Source: a virus (Duplodnaviria > Caudoviricetes). Taken from it: 30,232 nt of DNA. The stretch lies in the IMG/VR virus record IMGVR_UViG_3300044723_005011, positions 1-30,232 of that record; one strand, 5' to 3'. The notes under the pieces were generated by a model. That model worked only from the letters and a program-made list of their open reading frames with translations. It ran no database searches and was not told the DNA's origin. Both the position numbers and the translations under genes were made by a program. Shown in pieces: positions 1 to 6,752 of the stretch. Positions within the stretch are counted from its first letter, which is position 1; every line of letters begins with the position of its first letter.

Positions 1-1
1 T

Positions 2-46
2 GAAATAATCGAAAATTTAATTGTTAAACTTAAAGAAGATATATAA
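2..46 (+). CDS. 3' end of an upstream gene (partial, ...EIIENLIVKLKEDI*)
   Basis: Open frame from the window edge to TAA at 44-46; product not identifiable. Confidence 0.5.
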   Translation, partial: EIIENLIVKLKEDI

Positions 47-50
47 CATA

Positions 51-103
51 AAGGACTTGGCGTCAACCCTTCTAATTCTGCCGCCATTATTAAAGTATAG
101 GAG
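51..103 (+). ncRNA. Candidate cis-regulatory RNA (H-type pseudoknot, preQ1-I-like architecture) in the queD leader
   Basis: AAGG(51-54)/CCTT(68-71) stem; loop TGGCG(58-62) complementary to CGCCA(82-86); alternative CTTCTA(69-74) pairing with SD TAGGAG(98-103); GC-rich patch in an AT-rich spacer. Confidence 0.35.
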
Positions 104-109
104 ATAATA

Positions 110-559
110 ATGGGAAAACATTACAGTACAAAACACTACGGACACAACATTGGCCTATCGGCAGTGTTCCGTCAACCTAACGCAGATCATTCACACTGTC
201 ATCTACTACACGGTTACAGTCTAGCATTTACATTCACGTTTGGTTGTGATGAACTAGACAACAAAAACTGGGCAGTTGACTTTGGCGGACTAAAGCCTTT
301 GAAGAAGTGGCTTGAAGATCACTTCGATCACAAAACAGCAATTGATAAACACGATCCACACTTGGATACATTTTTAAAACTTAATGATATGGATCTAGCA
401 GAAGTTGTTATTATGGATGGTGTTGGCGCAGAGAAGTTTGCTGAACACGCATTTAATTTTGCTGATAAACTAGTACGTGAAATGAGTGACAACCGTTGTT
501 ACTGTGTACGAGTAGAATGTGCTGAACACGGTGCCAATTCAGCAATCTACGAGGGTTAA
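110..559 (+). CDS. queD: 6-carboxy-5,6,7,8-tetrahydropterin synthase (QueD/PTPS family)
   Basis: HSHCHLLHGY, VDFGGLKPLKKWLEDHFDH, C-terminal EHGANSAIY; SD AGGAG at 99-103. Confidence 0.9.
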   Translation: MGKHYSTKHYGHNIGLSAVFRQPNADHSHCHLLHGYSLAFTFTFGCDELDNKNWAVDFGGLKPLKKWLEDHFDHKTAIDKHDPHLDTFLKLNDMDLAEVVIMDGVGAEKFAEHAFNFADKLVREMSDNRCYCVRVECAEHGANSAIYEG

Positions 560-561
560 CA

Positions 562-888
562 ATGAAGTTCAAAAGTTCTAATATTGAAGGAACAGTTGTA
601 AAGAACGATGAACGTTATGTTGTAAAAGACAACACTCATTTAAAAACTCTTGTAGTAAGTAGTACAAGATTAAATCCACGTAAGAGTACAAGCGGACACA
701 AGCACGAAGGGCAGGAAGAAGTTTATATGTTTGTAGAAGGTTATGGAACTATGGAACTTGACGGTGTTACCTATCATGTTGAAGCAGGTGATACTGTGTT
801 AATTGAAGACGGTGTGTTTCATCGTGTACACGCAGGCAATGAAGAATTGTATTTTGTTTGTGTGTTTAATGGAAATAGATACGAATGA
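562..888 (+). CDS. Cupin-domain protein (mannose-6-phosphate isomerase-like)
   Basis: Cupin motifs GHKHEGQEEVYMFVEGYG and GDTVLIEDGVFHRVH. Confidence 0.85.
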   Translation: MKFKSSNIEGTVVKNDERYVVKDNTHLKTLVVSSTRLNPRKSTSGHKHEGQEEVYMFVEGYGTMELDGVTYHVEAGDTVLIEDGVFHRVHAGNEELYFVCVFNGNRYE

Positions 889-1673
889 GAATTATAGCAG
901 GACCTTGTCAACACGAAACTCTACATCAAAGTATGGAGATTGCTCGCGAGTGTCAACGTGTTTGTGACAAATACGATATAGAATACTATTTCAAGGCAAG
1001 TTTTGATAAAGCAAATAGAACCAACATCAAAGGCAAACGAGGTGTAGGATTAGAAACTACACTTAAAGATTTTAAAATGATAAAAGAACAAGTAGGTTGT
1101 AAAACACTTACTGATGTTCATAATCAAAACGAAGTTCTAAAGATTGCCGCATACTATAACGATATAGTTGATGTGTTACAGATCCCGGCATTTTTATGCC
1201 GTCAAACTGATTTAGTACAAGCGGCATGCAAAACAAAAAAGATTGTAAATATCAAGAAAGGACAGTTCCTTGCACCATGGGACGTTGAAGGTATACTTTC
1301 AAAAACAGAAGGTGCAAAAGAAGTATGGATTACAGAAAGGGGAACAAGTTTTGGATATAACACTCTTGTCGTGGATTATACTGGTCTTATGTGGATGCTC
1401 GACAATATTGACGCTGACATCGTGTACGATGTTACGCACTCTGTCCAAAAACCCGGAGGATTGGGGACTAGTAGCGGCGGCAATCGTTCTTTCGTCCCTG
1501 GGATGGCTCGTAGCGGGTGTGCTTTGGGGATCACAAATTTCTTTTTAGAAGTACATGCTGATCCAGATAATGCTCCAAGTGACGGACCTAATATGGTTAA
1601 GTTAACTGACTTTGAAAAAATTATTGATGATATAGTAAAAATAAAGGGAGCATTAGAGAGTGCCGAAGATTGA
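885..1673 (+). CDS. kdsA: KDO-8-phosphate synthase (2-dehydro-3-deoxyphosphooctonate aldolase)
   Basis: IAGPC, KASFDKANRT, QIPAFLCRQTDL, NIKKGQF, ERG, DVTHSVQ, SDGP motifs; ATGA overlap with the cupin gene. Confidence 0.93.
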   Translation: MRIIAGPCQHETLHQSMEIARECQRVCDKYDIEYYFKASFDKANRTNIKGKRGVGLETTLKDFKMIKEQVGCKTLTDVHNQNEVLKIAAYYNDIVDVLQIPAFLCRQTDLVQAACKTKKIVNIKKGQFLAPWDVEGILSKTEGAKEVWITERGTSFGYNTLVVDYTGLMWMLDNIDADIVYDVTHSVQKPGGLGTSSGGNRSFVPGMARSGCALGITNFFLEVHADPDNAPSDGPNMVKLTDFEKIIDDIVKIKGALESAED

Positions 1674-2526
1674 TAAAAGTCAATATTCTAAAGAAGAATG
1701 GAAAAAAATAAGAGAACAGCGTCGGCTTGAAAAAGAAAACAACCGCCGCAAACAAGAAGTAGTAGCCCCAGTATTTGAAAAAGGCTATCCATCATATGAT
1801 GCTGTAAATAGTAAAGGAAAAAACTATGTACTGTGTTTAAAGCACGGTGACAAGTATAGTGCAAAATATGTAAACACACTTTACAGCATGGTAAAACAAA
1901 ATCTTACAATTCCTTTTACTATGGTATGTTTAACAGATAATAAACAAGATATCAATAAAGATATACTTTGTTTAGATTTGCCAAAAGAACTTACTGGTTG
2001 GTGGTGTAAGCCTTACATGTATTCAGCAGACTTACCTTTAGCAAAAGACAGTACAATTTTGTATATGGATCTAGATGTTGTTGTAAGTGGCAATTTGGAT
2101 AAACTGTTTGAGTACGAAGTAGACAAATGGTGTGTAATTAGAGATTTTACTAGATCGATGCAACCGCAGTGGAAAAAGTATAACTCAAGTGTTATTAGAT
2201 TTAAATTAGGACAACTAAATGATGTATGGACACACTTTATTAAAGATCCAAAATCAATAATTAAAAGTCATTTTGGAGATCAAGATTGGTTATGGACAGC
2301 AACTAATCAATCAAATCCTGCTACATTATGGCCTGATGAATGGATTAGAAGTTGGAAATGGGAAGTGCGTAAATGCAGGATTTTAACTTCCGGAGCCAAG
2401 GGCAATAGAAGATTTAGAGAAGTAGAAGATGTGATACCACCTGATGATTGTTCTATTTGCGTGTTTCACGGAGATCCAAATCCACATAATTGTGATGATC
2501 CGTGGGTAAAAAATAATTGGAAGTGA
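1660..2526 (+). CDS. GT-A fold glycosyltransferase (GT8-like) with charged N-terminal extension
   Basis: LKHGDKYSAKYVNTL, YMDLDVV (DxD), NSSV, GDQDWL, VFHGDPNP; GTG start with GGAG upstream. Confidence 0.75.
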   Translation: MPKIDKSQYSKEEWKKIREQRRLEKENNRRKQEVVAPVFEKGYPSYDAVNSKGKNYVLCLKHGDKYSAKYVNTLYSMVKQNLTIPFTMVCLTDNKQDINKDILCLDLPKELTGWWCKPYMYSADLPLAKDSTILYMDLDVVVSGNLDKLFEYEVDKWCVIRDFTRSMQPQWKKYNSSVIRFKLGQLNDVWTHFIKDPKSIIKSHFGDQDWLWTATNQSNPATLWPDEWIRSWKWEVRKCRILTSGAKGNRRFREVEDVIPPDDCSICVFHGDPNPHNCDDPWVKNNWK

Positions 2527-2537
2527 TTGTGAAAAGG

Positions 2538-2543
2538 TAAATA
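2538..2543 (+). promoter_or_regulatory. Late-promoter-like TAAATA box, 5 nt before ATG 2549
   Basis: TAAATA-ttgtc-ATG; resembles T4 late consensus TATAAATA. Confidence 0.6.
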
Positions 2544-2548
2544 TTGTC

Positions 2549-3202
2549 ATGAGCAGAACATTTGAATTTGAAGATTACAAAGTACTTTGGGGTACTATTG
2601 TAAAAGAAAAAAACATTAAAATTAACAATTTTCCTGATATTCCATCAGGTCAACTAGAACCAATGTCACAAATTGACGGGCTAAAGGATATTAAACAATC
2701 TGTAATAGATTGGGCAAAAGATTTTACTCCAAAGCATCATATAACACCTGTAGTTGCAAGCAGTTGGTTAAGCACATTTTCACCTAATAGTACAGGAATG
2801 GATATCCATACAGATGAAGATCATGGAGGAACTATAAGTGCAGTATGTTGGTTCGAAGGTCAAGAAGGACAAGGCGGTGATTTAGTCCTTTGGGATCCAA
2901 GATGGGAAAATCCAAAACTATGGGGCGGAGTTAAAGGTGATGGCAAATACGTAATTCCTTTTAAGCCTGGTAAAATTGTAATGTTTCCAAGTAGTGTATG
3001 GCACGGAGTAACTGCTTATACAGGCACAGAAGAAAGACGTGCAATTAACATGGTATTAACATTTAAAAATGTTGATCAAGTAGTATCAAATGATTTACTA
3101 GACGACGAACTAAATGCAGTTGCAGATAAACTAGGTATGCAGTTCGACGGAAGTAACGAATCTGCATTGGCAATTCTTAAAGCAATCAAAGACAAAATTT
3201 AG
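2549..3202 (+). CDS. 2OG-Fe(II) oxygenase superfamily protein
   Basis: HxD (IHTD), GGDLVLWDPR, PGKIVMFPSSVWHGV, distal R in ERRAIN. Confidence 0.75.
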   Translation: MSRTFEFEDYKVLWGTIVKEKNIKINNFPDIPSGQLEPMSQIDGLKDIKQSVIDWAKDFTPKHHITPVVASSWLSTFSPNSTGMDIHTDEDHGGTISAVCWFEGQEGQGGDLVLWDPRWENPKLWGGVKGDGKYVIPFKPGKIVMFPSSVWHGVTAYTGTEERRAINMVLTFKNVDQVVSNDLLDDELNAVADKLGMQFDGSNESALAILKAIKDKI

Positions 3203-3231
3203 TTGACACACAAATAAATCTATACTACAAT
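3203..3231 (+). promoter_or_regulatory. Sigma70-type promoter
   Basis: TTGACA(3203-3208)-N17-TACAAT(3226-3231), followed by GGAG and TTG start at 3254. Confidence 0.75.
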
Positions 3232-3253
3232 ATATAAAACATGGAGTAGTATT

Positions 3254-3955
3254 TTGAAAAGGTATATTTTCGACGTCGATGGCACACTTACACCTAGTCG
3301 ACAAAAAATAAACGATCAATTCCAAAAATGGTTTATAGAATTTATCTATGATCATAATGTTTATCTAATTACTGGTAGTGACTATCCTAAAACTTTAGAA
3401 CAACTTGGTTCCACAATTTGTGAAAATGTAAACCGTGTATATAACTGTTCAGGTAGCGACGTGTGGGAAAATGGTAAAAACATTTTTTCTAAAGTATGGC
3501 ATCTGCCCGAAGATGCTATTGCGTGGTTGGAAATACAACTACAAGAAAGCAAGTTTTACAGAAAAACAGGACTACACTTTGAACATCGCCCTGGCATGGT
3601 AAACTATAGCATTGTAGGACGTAATGCAAATTTAGAAGAGCGTTTCATATATAAAGAATGGGATGAGCATAAAAACGAACGCAATACTATTGCAAAACAA
3701 TTTAATGAACTTTTTCCAAATATAGAAGCACGAGTTGGTGGAGAAACTGGAATAGACATATATCCAAAAGGCAATGACAAAGGACAAATTATAAAAGACT
3801 TTGATCCTAATGATGAATTACATTTCTTTGGTGATAGAATGGATAAAGCAGGAAACGATTATCCTTTGAAAAAACTGCTTGTTGACAAAGATCTAGGTTT
3901 GTGTTATCATATTAAAGACTGGGAAGAAACTTGGAAAATATTAAAAACACTATGA
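3254..3955 (+). CDS. Phosphomannomutase, HAD-IIB (eukaryotic PMM-type)
   Basis: FDVDGTLT, LITGSD, EHRPGMVNYSIVGRNA, GGETGIDI, DKGQ, FFGDRMDKAGNDYP. Confidence 0.85.
   Translation: MKRYIFDVDGTLTPSRQKINDQFQKWFIEFIYDHNVYLITGSDYPKTLEQLGSTICENVNRVYNCSGSDVWENGKNIFSKVWHLPEDAIAWLEIQLQESKFYRKTGLHFEHRPGMVNYSIVGRNANLEERFIYKEWDEHKNERNTIAKQFNELFPNIEARVGGETGIDIYPKGNDKGQIIKDFDPNDELHFFGDRMDKAGNDYPLKKLLVDKDLGLCYHIKDWEETWKILKTL
3882..3910 (+). promoter_or_regulatory. Sigma70-type promoter inside the PMM gene, upstream of uvsE
   Basis: TTGACA(3882-3887)-N17-TATCAT(3905-3910) with TG extended -10. Confidence 0.6.
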
Positions 3956-5043
3956 CAAAACGAATTGGATTTGCATGTAAGTATATGCATCACGACCAAA
4001 CACAAAAGAAAAAGTTACTAGAAGAAATTCAACGCCCATTCAATACACGTTCAACAACTGTTGCATGGCTTAATAGACAAACTAAAGAAGTTGCAGAAGA
4101 ACGTCTATGGGATATTATGGTACATAACATCAAATCGTTTGAAAACTTGATTAGATACGTAGGAGGATTACCTAATGAACTACGCATGGTTAGACTTGGT
4201 AGTGATGTCCTTCCTGTGTACACAGAGCCTACTTGGTGCTATTATTGGAAACTACCTGATGTGGTCGCATATTGCGAAAAGCATTTCGCAAGGGCCGGCA
4301 AAGTTGCAAGGGAACTTGATGTTAGGCTTTCTATGCACCCTGGTCAGTTTACTGTACTTGCGTCAGATAATCCTGATATTGTAAATAGAAGTATAGAGGA
4401 GTTTGAATATCATGTGGATGTCATCAGGTGGATGGGATACGGCAAATCATTTCAAGACTTTAAATGCAATGTACACATATCGGGTAGAAAAGGTCCACAA
4501 GGTATCATCGACGCACTTAAACGACTCTCGCCTGAAGCAAGAAACACTATCACGATCGAGAACGACGAAATGTCGTGGGGAATCGACGCAAGCCTCGAAC
4601 TTGCAGACCACCTTGCCCTCGTTCTTGACATACACCATCACTGGGTCAATAGTGGAGAATACATTCAACCCACCGACGATAGATTTGCTCGCATAGTAGA
4701 CAGTTGGCGTGGTGTTCGACCTGTTATTCATTACAGTGTTAGCCGTGAAGATGTGCTTGTAGATTTCCCACAGGATTCTAAACCTAATATGGAATCACTA
4801 CTAGAAACAGGATACAAGAAACAAAAACTACGTGCCCACAGTGATTTTATGTGGAACAACGCAGTAAATGACTGGGCATTAGAGTTTTGGCCGTACGCAG
4901 ATATAATGGTAGAAAGCAAAGCAAAGAACCTTGCAAGTGAAAAACTGCATAAATATTTTTATGAGCGAGGACGAAATTTTATTCGAGAACAGTCCAATCA
5001 GGAAAGTACTCGAGCAAGAACCTCTAAAGTTTATACCACATAA
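3952..5043 (+). CDS. uvsE: UV damage endonuclease (UvsE/UvdE)
   Basis: RIGFAC, RLGSD, RLSMHPGQF, IENDE, LDIHHH, HYS, AHSD, DIMVESKAK; ATG 3952 overlaps the PMM stop (ATGA), preferred over TTG 3931. Confidence 0.9.
   Translation: MTKRIGFACKYMHHDQTQKKKLLEEIQRPFNTRSTTVAWLNRQTKEVAEERLWDIMVHNIKSFENLIRYVGGLPNELRMVRLGSDVLPVYTEPTWCYYWKLPDVVAYCEKHFARAGKVARELDVRLSMHPGQFTVLASDNPDIVNRSIEEFEYHVDVIRWMGYGKSFQDFKCNVHISGRKGPQGIIDALKRLSPEARNTITIENDEMSWGIDASLELADHLALVLDIHHHWVNSGEYIQPTDDRFARIVDSWRGVRPVIHYSVSREDVLVDFPQDSKPNMESLLETGYKKQKLRAHSDFMWNNAVNDWALEFWPYADIMVESKAKNLASEKLHKYFYERGRNFIREQSNQESTRARTSKVYTT
4950..4955 (+). promoter_or_regulatory. Late-promoter-like TAAATA box, 5 nt before ATG 4961
   Basis: TAAATA-ttttt-ATG inside the uvsE 3' end. 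Confidence 0.45.
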
Positions 5044-5119
5044 CTACAAGTTGGCATCAGAGATGAAAACTTGGAGGAACAAGTATAAATTATGGGACTT
5101 GTATAAAAAAGAACAATAA
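4961..5119 (+). CDS. Small hypothetical protein (52 aa, MSEDEILFENSP...)
   Basis: ATG positioned TAAATA-N5 like four other genes; fills the gap to sodC; overlaps the uvsE tail. Confidence 0.5.
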   Translation: MSEDEILFENSPIRKVLEQEPLKFIPHNYKLASEMKTWRNKYKLWDLYKKEQ

Positions 5120-5122
5120 ATA
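5117..5122 (+). promoter_or_regulatory. Late-promoter-like TAAATA box, 5 nt before the sodC ATG
   Basis: TAAATA-cttgt-ATG, no SD. Confidence 0.6.
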
Positions 5123-5127
5123 CTTGT

Positions 5128-5679
5128 ATGAAACTACAAGAGATATCAGAAAAAAGTTGCTCTAGAACAAGAGCCGCAGAATGCCAGTGTACTCAACTTA
5201 CCACTATTACTGAATCAGATGACTATGTTACTGCATTATGTAATTTAGATCACGGAGAATCAGTAGAAGGAACTATTTTGTTGAGACAAATGAAAAAAGG
5301 ATCTGGTACTGTAATAGTAGGACGTATTACAGGTTTAGAACCTGGTGAACATGGATTTCATATACACGAGTTTGGTGATTTGACAGATGGCTGTGAGAGC
5401 GCCGGTGGACATTATAATCCCGATGATGTAGATCACGGTGATATTAATAATGGTCATGTAGGCGATTTAGGAAATGTCACAGCGAACACAGACGGCGTAG
5501 CCGACTTCACTATTATAGCAAAACGTGTTGATCTAATAGGTGAACGCAGTGTTGTTGGTCGTGCAATAGTAGTCCATGCTGATGTAGATGACCTAGGTAA
5601 AGGCGGCGATGCAGAATCACTCAAAACCGGAAATGCAGGTGAACGACTCGCTTGTGGGGTAATTATACTTAAAGATTAG
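5128..5679 (+). CDS. sodC: Cu/Zn superoxide dismutase
   Basis: HGFHIHEFGD, GCESAGGHYNP, HVGDLGN, IVVHA, DDLGKGG, TGNAGERLACGVI. Confidence 0.95.
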   Translation: MKLQEISEKSCSRTRAAECQCTQLTTITESDDYVTALCNLDHGESVEGTILLRQMKKGSGTVIVGRITGLEPGEHGFHIHEFGDLTDGCESAGGHYNPDDVDHGDINNGHVGDLGNVTANTDGVADFTIIAKRVDLIGERSVVGRAIVVHADVDDLGKGGDAESLKTGNAGERLACGVIILKD

Positions 5680-5688
5680 GAGAGTACA

Positions 5689-5907
5689 ATGCTTAATTGG
5701 CTTAAAAATATATTCATGCCAACAGAAATTGCTGAAAAACCATTAGTGTTAGACAAGCCTGTTGTAATGAAAAAGGCAGAACTAACAAAAATGACAAAGA
5801 ACGAACTTGAACAACTAGGTCGTGCTCATGGCATTGAGTTAGACAAACGATTAACTAAACCAAAACTAGTTGATCAACTATGGAAAGAAGTAAAACCTAA
5901 AAAATAA
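5689..5907 (+). CDS. Small protein with Rho-N/HeH-like helix-extension-helix motif
   Basis: LTKMTKNELEQLGRAHGIELDKRLTKPKLVDQL; SD AGGAG upstream. Confidence 0.65.
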   Translation: MLNWLKNIFMPTEIAEKPLVLDKPVVMKKAELTKMTKNELEQLGRAHGIELDKRLTKPKLVDQLWKEVKPKK

Positions 5908-5918
5908 AGGAGATTACT

Positions 5919-6092
5919 ATGTTAGATAATTTTAAAGGTTGGGTAGCAAAACGCTTCACAGAAAGAACATCTTGGGACGGTGCGGCACTTATTGCATTAG
6001 GAATTGTTGTGCTAATTGCTAAACCACTTGCAGGATTACTTGCATATGCGGCAATCGCATATGGTGCTTGGACTATTTACAAGTCTGAATAA
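5919..6092 (+). CDS. Small membrane protein (57 aa, MLDNFKGWVAKRFTERTSWDGAALIALGIVVLIAKPLAGLLAYAAIAYGAWTIYKSE), below the ORF-track cutoff
   Basis: SD AGGAG at 5908-5912, ATG 5919, TAA 6090-6092; long hydrophobic hairpin. Confidence 0.8.
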   Translation: MLDNFKGWVAKRFTERTSWDGAALIALGIVVLIAKPLAGLLAYAAIAYGAWTIYKSE

Positions 6093-6380
6093 TTACAAAC
6101 TACTAATTGGTTTATCTATAGAGGCTGGCATATTCCAAACCAGCCTTTTTTCAACTCCACGTTTTTGTGCAAATCTTTTAGGATCGCAACTAGGACATAC
6201 ATGAAAATAGTTGTCGCTTAACCGCCTAGGATCTACTTTACCTTTCTCACGCTTAAACTCTTCATTGCATTCATCACATACAAACACAGCAATTTGTTTC
6301 ATGCGTTTGTAGGGGTGTACTTTGCCCTTTTTGCTTTTACGATAGTAGTGAGTTATAGAATTTTCTATTCTTTTGAACAT
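6093..6380 (-). CDS. Basic zinc-ribbon-like protein
   Basis: CDEC...CPSC pair, Lys/Arg-rich; preceded on the minus strand by TAAATA-N5-ATG. Confidence 0.7.
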   Translation of the reverse strand: MFKRIENSITHYYRKSKKGKVHPYKRMKQIAVFVCDECNEEFKREKGKVDPRRLSDNYFHVCPSCDPKRFAQKRGVEKRLVWNMPASIDKPISSL

Positions 6381-6385
6381 AACAC

Positions 6386-6420
6386 TATTTACATTCGGAT
6401 TATAAAATATAACATAAATA
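6386..6420. promoter_or_regulatory. Back-to-back divergent TAAATA boxes
   Basis: Minus-strand TAAATA at 6386-6391 (5 nt before ATG 6380) and plus-strand TAAATA at 6415-6420 (5 nt before ATG 6426). Confidence 0.65.
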
Positions 6421-6425
6421 TTGTC

Positions 6426-6749
6426 ATGAGCATTGTAACTGTGACAGATTCAGCAAAAGAACACATGGAAACCGTCATTGCAAAGGAAGGCAAAAAGTAC
6501 GTTAAATTAAGCGTTAAGGGCGGTGGATGTGCTGGTTTTCAGTATGAATGGAATGCTGTAGATACAGTAGAAGACGATGATGAGATATTTGAATTAAGTA
6601 ATGGCAATTTTGCTATTGATGCAACTGGTCTAATGTTTGTAATGGGTACTACAATAGACTATAAAAAAGAAGTATTTGGATCATACATGAGTATACAAAA
6701 CCCTAATGCAACATCAAGTTGTGGATGTGGAGAAAGTTTCGGAGTTTAA
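6426..6749 (+). CDS. iscA: A-type Fe-S cluster carrier (IscA/HesB/SufA family)
   Basis: VTVTDSA, VKGGGCAGFQY, NPNATSSCGCGESF; family-typical start is ATG 6426, not 6294. Confidence 0.9.
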   Translation: MSIVTVTDSAKEHMETVIAKEGKKYVKLSVKGGGCAGFQYEWNAVDTVEDDDEIFELSNGNFAIDATGLMFVMGTTIDYKKEVFGSYMSIQNPNATSSCGCGESFGV

Positions 6750-6752
6750 AAT

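Noticed and set aside
4175-4919. Alternative-frame ORFs within uvsE, and 1270-1548 within kdsA
   Set aside because: Fall in locally higher-GC parts of conserved genes where stops are rarer; no independent signals
6294-6425. 44-aa hydrophobic N-terminal extension of IscA in the ORF track
   Set aside because: Overlaps the minus-strand zinc-ribbon gene; the family start and a TAAATA-N5 box both point to ATG 6426
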